From: a virus
Taxonomy: Duplodnaviria; Caudoviricetes
Reading direction: 5' to 3' (one strand)
DNA length: 33,591 bases
IMG/VR virus record: IMGVR_UViG_3300011338_000415
Span: 1 to 33,591 of that record
In this document: positions 24,219-33,591 of the stretch, piece by piece
Position numbering within the stretch: the stretch's first letter is position 1
Layout of the letters: every line of letters begins with the position of its first letter
The notes under the pieces: generated by a model
What the model was told of the DNA's origin: nothing
The model's database searches: none
Seen by the model: only the letters and a program-made list of their open reading frames with translations
Program-made: the position numbers and the translations under genes

Positions 24219-25417
24219 TAATTGGCGAAGCACTTAAAAATATTTTTTCTGGTTTAACTTTACAAATTGAAAATCGTATACACGATGTTCAGTTTCACTA
24301 TGGTGACCAAAAGGAGTTACAACAATGGATTTTAATGCGTAATCGTTCAAAGTTGCAAAAATACCCTTTAATATGGTATGTAACTAACAACTATGAACAA
24401 ATTACAAAGGATAAATTCAAAGTTGAAAGTCAGTTAATTTTATTTCAATTGACTAAAAGGGAATATTTAAATACACAACGTTCTAAACTAACCTATTTAA
24501 ATAGCTTAAATCCTTTATATGATTTGGTTAATAAAACTCTTTCTAGAAGTCCATATGTTTCTTTAATGAACAATGGTAAGCCTATTAAGTGTAAAGATGA
24601 GCCAAATTATGGAGTTGAAACAAATGAGCCTTTATCAACATCAAATGATTTTGCTAAAAAAACAGCTAAAGGAGAAAAATCAATTACTTTAGATGTAGTA
24701 GATGCAAAAGTATTACGTTTAAATATGGTTATTAAGCCTTATTGTGCAATTGGTGGTAATGTATTTAGTGGTGGTGGAAATGTTACACCTCCAGAACCTC
24801 CTCCTTGTCAAGTACCTATTATTAGTGGAATACCTAACAATCAATTTAATGATAGGATTTATGTAACTGTAGGCTTACAAAAAACTTGGCAAATAATAGG
24901 TAGTAACAATCCAACTTCTTATAATGTAAATTATGGAAGTTTGCCAAATGTAACTATAAATACTACAACAGGAGTTGTAAATTATACACCGGTAATTGAA
25001 AACTTAAATCAAACTCTTACAATGAGTTTTGAGGCAACAAATTCTTGTGGAGTTGGTAGTTTATTACGCTTTATACAACCTATTTTAAGTAATGTTACAA
25101 TTTTAAATGCTCCAATTAATCGAAATGCTTTTAATATAAATCCATCACTACCTCAAAGGTCTTTTACTTATGAAGATGAGGTATTACCATACGATGGAAT
25201 TATAACAAATTACGAGGTTTGGGTAAGAGGTGGCATTTATGGTAGTGGCTCTTTATATGCAAATTATACAACAAGTATTCAAGATTTAATAGGAAATATA
25301 CAAACGTTTATTCCTTTAGGACAAAATCCCGGTACTTACTTTGTAAAAACACGAGTTAAAAATAATTTAGGGGAATACTCTCCTTACACAACAGAATTAC
25401 AGGTAATTGTACCTTAA
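24215..25417 (+). CDS. Putative neck/tail-terminator protein fused to Ig/FN3-like domains
   Basis: YPLIW N-terminal domain, GGG..TPPEPPP linker, TI...TG...YTP and Y.V..R.KN..G..S.Y motifs. Confidence 0.55.
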   Translation: MIIGEALKNIFSGLTLQIENRIHDVQFHYGDQKELQQWILMRNRSKLQKYPLIWYVTNNYEQITKDKFKVESQLILFQLTKREYLNTQRSKLTYLNSLNPLYDLVNKTLSRSPYVSLMNNGKPIKCKDEPNYGVETNEPLSTSNDFAKKTAKGEKSITLDVVDAKVLRLNMVIKPYCAIGGNVFSGGGNVTPPEPPPCQVPIISGIPNNQFNDRIYVTVGLQKTWQIIGSNNPTSYNVNYGSLPNVTINTTTGVVNYTPVIENLNQTLTMSFEATNSCGVGSLLRFIQPILSNVTILNAPINRNAFNINPSLPQRSFTYEDEVLPYDGIITNYEVWVRGGIYGSGSLYANYTTSIQDLIGNIQTFIPLGQNPGTYFVKTRVKNNLGEYSPYTTELQVIVP

Positions 25418-25435
25418 CTTTTAAAATAAAAAAAA

Positions 25436-26347
25436 ATGATTACATTAAATGCGTTCGGAAATTGTGCTACCGATGTAGCCGGAACAGGAACAGGACAATG
25501 CCCTATCGACCAATTAGGTGATATGGTAGGAATTGGTGCTTTATCAAAAGGCACAACTTTAGATGTTGTAACAGATAGTTTAACTGAAACATCTTTTAGA
25601 ACATTAATTACAAGTGGAAAATTACACCAATTATTAGATAGAGAAGCGTTTGAGCAAAACACTCCGGATAATGATTTGTATACTTCTCCAGAAGGTTTAA
25701 TTACTTCTATTCGTTCGGGAAAACCTCAATTTGCTTTTACTTATTCAAAAGGTTTATGTTTTCACAAAGCATTATATAGCCTACAAGGTAAAAACAAATG
25801 GGATATTGTATTATACTTTGAAAAAGGTATGTTAATGGCTTCTAACACAGCTAATACAAAAATCAAAGGTTTTGATGCCGGTTCTTTAATTGTAGGTTCT
25901 TATATGTTCCAACAAGGAAATGAAATTGAAAAAGGTAAAGCTACTATTCAATTTAAATCTGCTGAAGAATTTAACACTAAATGGGTTTATTTTCCATATG
26001 ATGATTTAGGGTTTAGCCCTTTAGAAATTGATGGTGTTATTGATACTCAATTAACATTTGCAGAAGCTCCAGCTAATGCCGGTACTACTGTTAAAGTTAG
26101 TGTATTAGATGGATGTAATACTTCAATCAATTATACTACTTTATTTGATACAATTTCAGATTATTCATTAAAAGTAAATGGAGTTACAAAAGTAATTTCA
26201 GCAGTTGCAATAGCTAATGGAGTTGCTACTTTAACTTTCACCGGAGCTTTAGCTACTGGAAATAAAGTTGAGGTTTCACTTAATGGAATTGTTCCAGATG
26301 CTGAATTAAATTACTACAAATCAAGTATTTTAGTAAAAACTATTTAA
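25436..26347 (+). CDS. Major tail tube protein with probable C-terminal Ig-like domain
   Basis: 303 aa, Thr/Gly-rich, A-rich start context, followed by a terminator; position before tape measure. Confidence 0.72.
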   Translation: MITLNAFGNCATDVAGTGTGQCPIDQLGDMVGIGALSKGTTLDVVTDSLTETSFRTLITSGKLHQLLDREAFEQNTPDNDLYTSPEGLITSIRSGKPQFAFTYSKGLCFHKALYSLQGKNKWDIVLYFEKGMLMASNTANTKIKGFDAGSLIVGSYMFQQGNEIEKGKATIQFKSAEEFNTKWVYFPYDDLGFSPLEIDGVIDTQLTFAEAPANAGTTVKVSVLDGCNTSINYTTLFDTISDYSLKVNGVTKVISAVAIANGVATLTFTGALATGNKVEVSLNGIVPDAELNYYKSSILVKTI

Positions 26348-26366
26348 TTAGTTATAATTAATTTAT

Positions 26367-26401
26367 AAAATCCCTTTCTGCTATTGTGGGAAGGGATTTT
26401 T
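26367..26401 (+). terminator. Intrinsic terminator after major tail gene
   Basis: atccctttctgc-tatt-gtgggaagggat with G.U pairs on +, then T-tract. Confidence 0.85.
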
Positions 26402-26418
26402 ATTAAAATTTAAATATT

Positions 26419-26625
26419 ATGAAAATATTAAATGTATCAATTAATAAAGATTATCCTCCAACAAAAGAAGTTTTAGTATCTTTGTGTAAATTAGTTAATA
26501 ATGAATTAGCTGAAAAGGAAATAGTAAAAGAAATAGAAAAAAATGAACTTTACAAACCTATTAAACAAAGCAAATCAGGAAAAAAGCCAAATACCTCAAG
26601 TATTAGGGACACTGATAATATTTAA
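26419..26625 (+). CDS. Hypothetical protein
   Basis: 68-aa ORF; overlaps next gene by 83 nt. Confidence 0.55.
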   Translation: MKILNVSINKDYPPTKEVLVSLCKLVNNELAEKEIVKEIEKNELYKPIKQSKSGKKPNTSSIRDTDNI

Positions 26626-26980
26626 TAGTAGTGAAATAATTGATGGAATAAAACAAAGATGGCTTTTTGGTAAAGATTCCAATGGTGATATTATAGGACA
26701 ATATAGAAATTCAGAATACCAAGCTTTTAAAGTTTCTTACAATAGTAAAGCAAATGGTTATGTAGATTTAACTTTAACAGGTGATTTAGGTAATGCATTA
26801 AAAATATCAAAAAAAAGTGAAACTGAATATGAAATATTTTCTACTGATTGGAAGTTTGGGCAAATTGCAGATAAATATGGTTTAAAGCAATTTAATTTAG
26901 ATAAGGTACAAAGATTAGAATTATTTGAAATGCTTACTTATTTTGCTTTAGAAGAGTATTATAGAAATGTATGGTTATGA
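26543..26980 (+). CDS. Putative tail completion / virion morphogenesis protein
   Basis: VDLTLTGDL motif; tail module position. Confidence 0.6.
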   Translation: MNFTNLLNKANQEKSQIPQVLGTLIIFNSSEIIDGIKQRWLFGKDSNGDIIGQYRNSEYQAFKVSYNSKANGYVDLTLTGDLGNALKISKKSETEYEIFSTDWKFGQIADKYGLKQFNLDKVQRLELFEMLTYFALEEYYRNVWL

Positions 26981-27189
26981 GTTGTATTGTATGTGGTAAA
27001 GCTCTAAATAATGAATTTAGAGAAACAATTAAAAGAAAACAACAAGAATATTTAAAATATGGGAAAGTTTATATGGTTTACGAAGTTAATAAGGTTTGGC
27101 AATATTGCAGAGGCGAATATTTCGAATATATTAAGAAAACGGAAAACGTTGGAGAATTCTACCATATATCGGAGTTTAAAATCGATTAA
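26971..27189 (+). CDS. Hypothetical protein (possible tail assembly chaperone)
   Basis: 72 aa, N-terminal C..C; position before tape measure. Confidence 0.55.
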   Translation: MVMSCIVCGKALNNEFRETIKRKQQEYLKYGKVYMVYEVNKVWQYCRGEYFEYIKKTENVGEFYHISEFKID

Positions 27190-27784
27190 TATAGGTTTGT
27201 GGTTTGAAATATTAGAAACTCAAAATATATCTTTATTAGATAAAAACTATTTTGAAGGCAAAGTTTACAATAAATTTCAATTAAATGAAATAAATGAAGT
27301 ATTTTCAACATTATATGATGATTTCTTTATACGTTTAAATAACAAAAAAGCAAAAAGTAATCTTATTAATAGTCAAGATAAAATGATGCTTTCAGTAAAA
27401 GTTATGGTATTAAATGAATGTTTAAATACTTTAATTTTTATAAGTAAAAATTATTCACGTATTCATAATGCGTATAAAAAAGAATTACAAATTTATAAGA
27501 CTATTGAAAATATATCAAAAAACACTAAATTTAAAGAAACTAATACTTTATTAGATAACATTAATAAAATTAAAGAATTAATTGAAACTAATAAATTATC
27601 TTATGAAAGAAAATATTCAGAGCAAATTTCTGAAAAAGCATATTCATTTGAAAAGCAATTAATAGATGTTGAACAAGTTTTAGGAAGAAGTTTAAACGTT
27701 AAAGAATGTAATGTAATTCAATGGATTGAATACATAAATAAAGTACAAGATATTATTAAATTAAAAGAAAAGCAAAATGGCTGA
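27059..27784 (+). CDS. Putative tail assembly chaperone; start uncertain (TTG at 27149 is an alternative)
   Basis: Helical ORF immediately upstream of tape measure gene. Confidence 0.55.
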   Translation: MGKFIWFTKLIRFGNIAEANISNILRKRKTLENSTIYRSLKSINIGLWFEILETQNISLLDKNYFEGKVYNKFQLNEINEVFSTLYDDFFIRLNNKKAKSNLINSQDKMMLSVKVMVLNECLNTLIFISKNYSRIHNAYKKELQIYKTIENISKNTKFKETNTLLDNINKIKELIETNKLSYERKYSEQISEKAYSFEKQLIDVEQVLGRSLNVKECNVIQWIEYINKVQDIIKLKEKQNG

Positions 27785-30410
27785 AGTTAAAGACAATTTA
27801 CTACAACTTGATAAAGTAGTACAGGATTTAAATAAAAGACTTGATGAAAATATTGATAGAATAGATAAACTATCGGTAGTTTACAATAAGTTTTCTAAAG
27901 AAAGTGCCAATATGCCTAGTCAATATGTAGCAGTTTTAAATAACACTAAAAAAGCTGTTGATGATGTTACAATATCTTCTAAAAAATTAGAACAACAATC
28001 TATAAAAGAAAGTAACGCAAGAAACTCCTTAAATAAACAACGTGAGCAATCTTTAGCACAATTAGAAAAGGAAAAAGTTAAATTAGAAGCAGCTTCAAAT
28101 ATGTACAATAAAGTACAAGCTAAAATGAATGCTTTATCTAATGAATATAAAAATTTAGCTACTAAAAAAGAATTAGGAATATCTTTAACTGATAAGGAAG
28201 CAAAAAGATATGATTTTTTACAAGGTAAAATACAAACTTACGATAAAACATTAAAAGCTGTAGATGGCACGATGGGTAAATACCAAAGAAATGTAGGTAA
28301 TTACGCTGGTGCATTTAATCCTTTAAATAATTCAATTAATCAATTAAGTAGAGAAATGCCGGCTTTTGCAAATAGTGTGCAAACCGGATTTATGGCAATA
28401 TCTAATAACTTACCTATTTTCTTTGATGCAATGGGTGGAATTATTAACCAAAATAAAGAATTACAAGCACAAGGAAAACCAACAAAATCTGTATTTAGCC
28501 AATTAGCCGGAGCAATATTTAGTTGGGGTACAGCTTTAAGTGTTGGAGTTACTTTACTTACTATTTATGGAAAAGATATTGTAGAATTTGCTTCTAATTT
28601 AATGAAAGGCTCAAATGCTATTGACTCTATGAAAGAAAGTCAAAAATCTATGAATGAAATATCTACACAAGCTAGTAAAGATTCTGTAGAAGAAATTACT
28701 AATATGAAACTTCTTTTAGGAGTTGCCAAAGATACTTCATTAAGTTATAAAGAAAGAATGATTGCGGTAAAAGAATTACAAAGCACTTATCCGGCTTATT
28801 TTGGTAATTTATCTCAAGAAAAAATATTGGCTGGAGAAACAGCAAACGCAGAAAGAGATTTAACAAATGCAATTTTATCTAGAGCAAAAGCAAATGCGGC
28901 AGTTGCTAAAATTACTGAAAATCAAAGTAAAATTATTGATTTAGAATTAGAAGCTTTACAAAAACAAAAAGAAGTAATTAAGTTAAGAGAAGATGTAAGA
29001 AGACAAGAAAAAGTACAATCAGGAACTATTGGTGGTGGTACTGTAGCTGGAACTTATGATTTATCAACAACAGCAGTTAATAGATTAGCAAGTGCAACAA
29101 GAAGTTTAAATAATATAAATAAAGAAAAAGATTCACTTACAAAAATAAATAATATTCTTACAACTTTTGCTTTAGAAAATCAAAAAAAATCTATAAATTT
29201 AGACCAAGAAGAAGTAAAAGTAAAAAAGGAAAAAATAAAAAAAATAAAGGAAGAAAAAGTATACATACTTGGAACAGTTAGTTTTTTAGAACAACAAATA
29301 AATAAGTTAGAAGAATTAAGAAATACAACTGCTACAAATAATGAACAATATAAAGAAATAACTGGAGCCATAAGATATTATCAAAAATGGCTAGATAGTT
29401 TAACTAATTCAATTAAAAATGTTACTGAAGCACAAGATAATTTTACAATACAAATCCCGGAATTAGATGAAAATATATTTGATAAAATATCAAAAGATAA
29501 AGAGGAATTAGATAATTGGTTAAAAGACTTTAAGGATGGATTTAAACAAGATTTTATTACAAATAGTGGTTTTAGCAAAATATTTGAATTAATAGAAAAT
29601 TTTGATAAATTAAAAACAGATGGAGTTGCAACAGCTTTAGCAATATCGGAAGCATTTCAACAAGCATTTAATACTATATCTAAATCTAGTCAAGCCAATT
29701 TTGATGCAGAGTATTCAAGATTAGAACAACAAAAAAATGTATCATTACAATTTGCTGGAGAAAGTGCAACAGCAAAAGAAGAGATTGAAAAGCAATATGA
29801 AGTAAGAAAAAAAGAAATACAAAAAAGAGAAGCCGAAGCACAAAAACGTTTAGCAATTTTTAACATCGCTATTAATACTGCCCAAGCAATTGCCGCTACA
29901 TTTTCAAAAGCAGGATTTCCGGCAGGTATTCCTTTAGCTGCAATTATGGCTACAATTGGAGCTGCACAAATAGCAATGGTATCATCTCAAGAAATTCCAC
30001 AATTTTGGAAAGGTACGGATAACGCTCCAGAAGGATTAGCTTGGACACAAGAAAAAGGAGCAGAGGTTATTACAGATAAAAAAGGAAATGTAAAAACTTA
30101 TGGAAGCAATAAAGGTGCTCAATTAACTTATTTAAATAAAGGAGATAAAGTTTATAAGTCGCACGAAGATTATATTAATAAAGAGCTTTCTAAAAGTGGA
30201 ATACAACCTATTGGGCAAAGTTTTGGAAATGTAAATATTAATGGAGGTCTAACAAAAGAAGATTTGACAGAGCAAATAACACGCTTAAGCAAGACAATTA
30301 ATCAAAAAGAAAACATCAATATCAATATAGATAAAAAGGGCTTTAGAACAATTGTAAATGGCAAAGAAAACCTAAATAATAGATTAACATTAAAAGGTAG
30401 AAACGTATAA
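27777..30410 (+). CDS. Tail tape measure protein
   Basis: 877 aa, long coiled coil, RNVGNY, hydrophobic segments, C-terminal KGT..EKG.E. Confidence 0.88.
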   Translation: MAEVKDNLLQLDKVVQDLNKRLDENIDRIDKLSVVYNKFSKESANMPSQYVAVLNNTKKAVDDVTISSKKLEQQSIKESNARNSLNKQREQSLAQLEKEKVKLEAASNMYNKVQAKMNALSNEYKNLATKKELGISLTDKEAKRYDFLQGKIQTYDKTLKAVDGTMGKYQRNVGNYAGAFNPLNNSINQLSREMPAFANSVQTGFMAISNNLPIFFDAMGGIINQNKELQAQGKPTKSVFSQLAGAIFSWGTALSVGVTLLTIYGKDIVEFASNLMKGSNAIDSMKESQKSMNEISTQASKDSVEEITNMKLLLGVAKDTSLSYKERMIAVKELQSTYPAYFGNLSQEKILAGETANAERDLTNAILSRAKANAAVAKITENQSKIIDLELEALQKQKEVIKLREDVRRQEKVQSGTIGGGTVAGTYDLSTTAVNRLASATRSLNNINKEKDSLTKINNILTTFALENQKKSINLDQEEVKVKKEKIKKIKEEKVYILGTVSFLEQQINKLEELRNTTATNNEQYKEITGAIRYYQKWLDSLTNSIKNVTEAQDNFTIQIPELDENIFDKISKDKEELDNWLKDFKDGFKQDFITNSGFSKIFELIENFDKLKTDGVATALAISEAFQQAFNTISKSSQANFDAEYSRLEQQKNVSLQFAGESATAKEEIEKQYEVRKKEIQKREAEAQKRLAIFNIAINTAQAIAATFSKAGFPAGIPLAAIMATIGAAQIAMVSSQEIPQFWKGTDNAPEGLAWTQEKGAEVITDKKGNVKTYGSNKGAQLTYLNKGDKVYKSHEDYINKELSKSGIQPIGQSFGNVNINGGLTKEDLTEQITRLSKTINQKENININIDKKGFRTIVNGKENLNNRLTLKGRNV

Positions 30411-32785
30411 TGAACAATCCAATAGAAATAAATGCATTTAAGCACTATTTAGAAATAGATAATGTTAGAACTGAAATATTAGAGCCTATCGGATTTGATG
30501 CCTCTAATTTTGTATGTGAACAAGATAAAGATGGATATGGTAGAGATATTTTTTATGGAAATTCTGAAATTGATTTGGAATTTCATAAAGAGTATGGAAT
30601 TAATTTATTACCTACCGGATTACACTTATTATTACAACAAGAAAACTTAAATGGTAGTGAGTCTAATGTTAATTATATTCTTACTAAAAATAATGTTGAT
30701 TTTAATATAGGACAATTAGATTTTGCTGGAGCAATAACAGATTATGAAAGTTATTTTAAATGTAAAGTAATTCAAAATAATGAACAAGCTAAAATTAAAA
30801 AACGTTCAAAGGTTAAAATAGATGCATTTGCAATAAAAGATTTAGATGATAATACAATTATACCTATTGAAACTAAAAGCATTTTATTAAAGGCAAAACC
30901 AATTGATAAAATTAGTAATTGGACACAAAAAACTTTAACAAATATTCAGCAAACAGGCTCGGCTTTCAATTGCCAAATTTCAATCCCTATTGCTAATGCT
31001 TTAAGTAAATATGGTATTGGAGTTACTTATTCTCCATTTGATGAAGTATTTAAAGGATTAGATGTTTCTTTTGAGCAAAATAATGCTTATAGATATGCAA
31101 ATAGATTAATAACAGCAGAAAACACACTTACTAACGCTAAATTAAAAATTAAAAATTTAAACGTTCAAGGTTTTACAAATTATGGAACTTTTAGTGTTAG
31201 ATATTCAAGAGCAATATTTGATAATAACGGTAATTGGATTTCAAACGTAGGAAGTACAACTTTTTTACATCAAAGCAATGGAAGTATAAATCTTGTTAAT
31301 CAAAGTTATGAAGTAGATTTACCTATTATGCAACAAGGCGAATCTTTAATAGTTGATGTTGGTTGCTTTTTTGCAAGTTCCGCTTTTCTTTCATTTGATA
31401 TGCAATTTATGAGTTATTCGGTAGATAATGTAGAAATAACAGCAACAGAAACAGCTTATGATAGCGTTATAAAAGGAGTTAGATATATCGATTTAATTAA
31501 GCAAAATTATAAAGGAATAGGAAGCTTACCGGTTAATGCACCAAAATTTGATGTAGGTGGAGAATTTTATAATCAATTTTGCTTTAGTGGTAAATTAATA
31601 AGACAAATTACCAACGAGCCTTTTTATTTAGAGTTAGATAAAACTATTGAAAGTTTATTAGAAGTAAATGCAGCACCACAAATAAACGATAATGAAATTT
31701 ATATAGGACAATACCAAGATTTCTATAATGATGTAGAAATGGGTACTTATTTACAATTACCGGAAGCAGAGGCAAAATTTACTAAAAATGAAAAATATTT
31801 AATAAATACTTTTAAATTTGGATATAATAAATTTGAACAAGATAGAGATGAAGATAATACTTTAGATAGTATCCATACTGATAGTGAATGGTATTTACCT
31901 TGTGATAATTCAATAAATACTAAAACTTTAAAATTGCCATTTATTAGAGATGCTTATAATATTGAAAGTGTTAGAAGGCGTGCTACTGAAAAAGATAATA
32001 CTTCAAATGATAATGATGATGATATTTTTATTATTGATGTTATAGAAGTTTCACCTGGCACAACTAGAACAATAAGTGGAACATTTGCAATTGAGCAATC
32101 AGATGGTAACAATACATATAAAATTTTATCAAATAGAACTTTTAGATGGGATTTATTAGGTTTTAAAGTTGGAGATTATGTTATAGTTGCCGGAGGAGGA
32201 CAAAGTAATTCTATTTTAGTAACTGAAATCACAAGCTCTATACTTACATTAAATTGGTTAGGTGGTGATTATAGTGGAGTGCAATTTCTTACAATAACAT
32301 ATCCTATTACAGATGTTCAATACACAACTAGAACTAACGAAGGATTATTATTTAGTGAAAATTTATTAAATGCTAATAACTATGCTAATTTAAGATATTC
32401 CATTAAACGTAATATGTATCATTGGTTTCCTTATTTAGCAACTGCATCTAAATTTATACCAACTAAAATAATTAAAAATAGTTATTTTAAATCAAATGGA
32501 AATGCAACTACTAAATTTGTAGGTGAATTAACAAATATAAAAGAAAATGAAAATATTTTAGTTGCTGATATATCGAGTAAAAAAATACTTTCTCAAAATC
32601 TTTATATGACTACTTTAGTTATAGAATTTGAGGATTTAGCAACGTTAATAGGTAAAATTCAAACTGAAAGAGGTTATATAAATGTTCAAGACCATAACGG
32701 AAATATAATTAGTGGTTACATTGTAAGTTTAGACCATACTTGGGCAACAAATGAGTGTATAATAAATTTAGAGGTTAAAAACTAA
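30410..32785 (+). CDS. Tail tip / hub protein
   Basis: 791 aa directly after tape measure; N-terminal EPIGFD. Confidence 0.65.
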   Translation: MNNPIEINAFKHYLEIDNVRTEILEPIGFDASNFVCEQDKDGYGRDIFYGNSEIDLEFHKEYGINLLPTGLHLLLQQENLNGSESNVNYILTKNNVDFNIGQLDFAGAITDYESYFKCKVIQNNEQAKIKKRSKVKIDAFAIKDLDDNTIIPIETKSILLKAKPIDKISNWTQKTLTNIQQTGSAFNCQISIPIANALSKYGIGVTYSPFDEVFKGLDVSFEQNNAYRYANRLITAENTLTNAKLKIKNLNVQGFTNYGTFSVRYSRAIFDNNGNWISNVGSTTFLHQSNGSINLVNQSYEVDLPIMQQGESLIVDVGCFFASSAFLSFDMQFMSYSVDNVEITATETAYDSVIKGVRYIDLIKQNYKGIGSLPVNAPKFDVGGEFYNQFCFSGKLIRQITNEPFYLELDKTIESLLEVNAAPQINDNEIYIGQYQDFYNDVEMGTYLQLPEAEAKFTKNEKYLINTFKFGYNKFEQDRDEDNTLDSIHTDSEWYLPCDNSINTKTLKLPFIRDAYNIESVRRRATEKDNTSNDNDDDIFIIDVIEVSPGTTRTISGTFAIEQSDGNNTYKILSNRTFRWDLLGFKVGDYVIVAGGGQSNSILVTEITSSILTLNWLGGDYSGVQFLTITYPITDVQYTTRTNEGLLFSENLLNANNYANLRYSIKRNMYHWFPYLATASKFIPTKIIKNSYFKSNGNATTKFVGELTNIKENENILVADISSKKILSQNLYMTTLVIEFEDLATLIGKIQTERGYINVQDHNGNIISGYIVSLDHTWATNECIINLEVKN

Positions 32786-32805
32786 ATTTACATCAAAAAT
32801 TTTTA

Positions 32806-32813
32806 TAAATTTG
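32806..32813 (+). promoter_or_regulatory. -7 promoter box before distal tail genes
   Basis: TAAATTTG in the only gap after the tail tip gene. Confidence 0.45.
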
Positions 32814-32829
32814 TAAAAATAAAAAAGTA

Positions 32830-33591
32830 GTGAGTAAAGTAGATAAATCATTTTTAAGGCTTTTAAAAGATTTTAGTTTAGCCAAAAGCGAAGTAATGAT
32901 AGATAGTGAGTTTATTTATAACTCGCCTATTTGTTTGCACCCTTTAGAAAGGTATTTACAAATCACTAATTTAAATGAATATGGGTTTGATGAATTAGTA
33001 ATTGAGAAAGTAGAATTAATAGATTGCAATGAAAATTTACTTTTAAATATTGATGATAAGGTATATTATACTAATTTTTACGATATAAACGATTTTTCAC
33101 AAATTGCTTTTGAAATTTTACCAATACAAAATGATTTCTATTTTCAAAAATGTTATTTAAAATTTACTTTTGAAAACGACATAAAACTATATTCAAATGG
33201 ATTTTATGTAACTGCTGAAGAAGAGAACAAAACATTTAGATTAGACTATAAAAATATAGGCTATTATCAAGGTATTTCATATGATAAAGTAGACTTATAC
33301 CAATCTATAAGATTGTTAGGGTATTTTGACCAACAAAGCACAAAAGATAGTGTTACAATTTATACACAATTAAATGGACAAGTAAGACGTTCAAGACCAA
33401 TTCAAGGTTTAGAGTATAAGTATAATATTGATTTAATTGATACTTTTACTTTTGAACGTTTATCTTGTGCTTTAAATAGTCAAATAGTTTATTTAAATGG
33501 TAATAGATTTCAAACTATTGATAATGTTCAAAGTGAAGAAAGACAAGGTAAAAGCAATATGTTTTCTACATCATTTAAAGGACAATTTAAT
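32830..33591 (+). CDS. Tail/structural protein, N-terminal 254 codons (about 381 aa after circularisation)
   Basis: Hand-translated from GTG 32830 (MSKVDKSFLRL...), open to the window end and continuing into 126..509; absent from ORF track. Confidence 0.8.
   Translation, partial: MSKVDKSFLRLLKDFSLAKSEVMIDSEFIYNSPICLHPLERYLQITNLNEYGFDELVIEKVELIDCNENLLLNIDDKVYYTNFYDINDFSQIAFEILPIQNDFYFQKCYLKFTFENDIKLYSNGFYVTAEEENKTFRLDYKNIGYYQGISYDKVDLYQSIRLLGYFDQQSTKDSVTIYTQLNGQVRRSRPIQGLEYKYNIDLIDTFTFERLSCALNSQIVYLNGNRFQTIDNVQSEERQGKSNMFSTSFKGQFN
33467..33591 (+). repeat. Terminal direct repeat, right copy
   Basis: Matches 1..125; this copy keeps the reading frame open. Confidence 0.95.

Larger units (their letters stand above)
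1..33591 (+). mobile_element. Complete tailed phage genome (siphovirus-like; probable Bacteroidota/Flavobacterium host)
   Basis: Full packaging, head, tail, lysis, replication and recombination modules; terminal overlap closes the circle; TAnnTTTG promoters; no host housekeeping genes. Confidence 0.93.

Noticed and set aside
26536-26545. A AAA AAT slippery site for a -1 tail-chaperone frameshift
   Set aside because: The -1 frame hits TGA immediately; the next ORF is in the +1 frame and has its own ATG.
1923-29578. All minus-strand ORFs in the track (e.g. 3939..4163, 12366..12665, 13902..14276, 25414..25662, 29381..29578)
   Set aside because: They lie opposite well-supported + genes, have the Phe/Leu/Ser-rich composition of antisense shadows and show no recognisable motifs.
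1-33591. Lysogeny module, DGR/retron, tRNAs, alternative genetic code
   Set aside because: No integrase, CI-type repressor, reverse transcriptase or cloverleaf was recognised; genes are intact and densely packed under the standard code.

Overview
Apparently complete, circularly permuted genome (33,466 bp unique plus a 125-bp terminal overlap) of an AT-rich tailed dsDNA phage with a siphovirus-like layout. Intergenic TAnnTTTG promoters and A-rich, SD-less start contexts point to a Bacteroidota (Flavobacterium-like) host. Every credible protein gene is on the + strand, in this order: tail/receptor-binding genes; lysis genes (two holin-like ORFs, M15 endolysin, spanin-like protein) interrupted by a metallophosphoesterase/GIY-YIG block; small early genes; a YqaJ/DUF3127 recombination module; initiator and helicase; a PAPS-reductase-family protein; NinB/NinG-like genes; an array of small genes; terminase; portal; protease; HK97 capsid; neck/tail genes; tape measure. 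I saw no integrase, DNA polymerase, methyltransferase, tRNA or CRISPR array. The most interesting signals are non-coding. (1) A minus-strand ~65-nt small RNA with its own full promoter and terminator, whose 5' end is antisense to the AAATTATGAA start context typical of early genes. (2) A two-hairpin kissing-loop leader RNA ahead of the replication operon. (3) A palindromic operator shared by three early promoters, and GGGG-hairpin elements after the first gene of two of them. (4) A small-gene array joined by identical 21-bp junctions. (5) Tandem covarying hairpins before the capsid gene. (6) Apparent GATC absence alongside CCGG excess. All protein family calls come from motif recognition, and all counts were made by hand; no database search was run.
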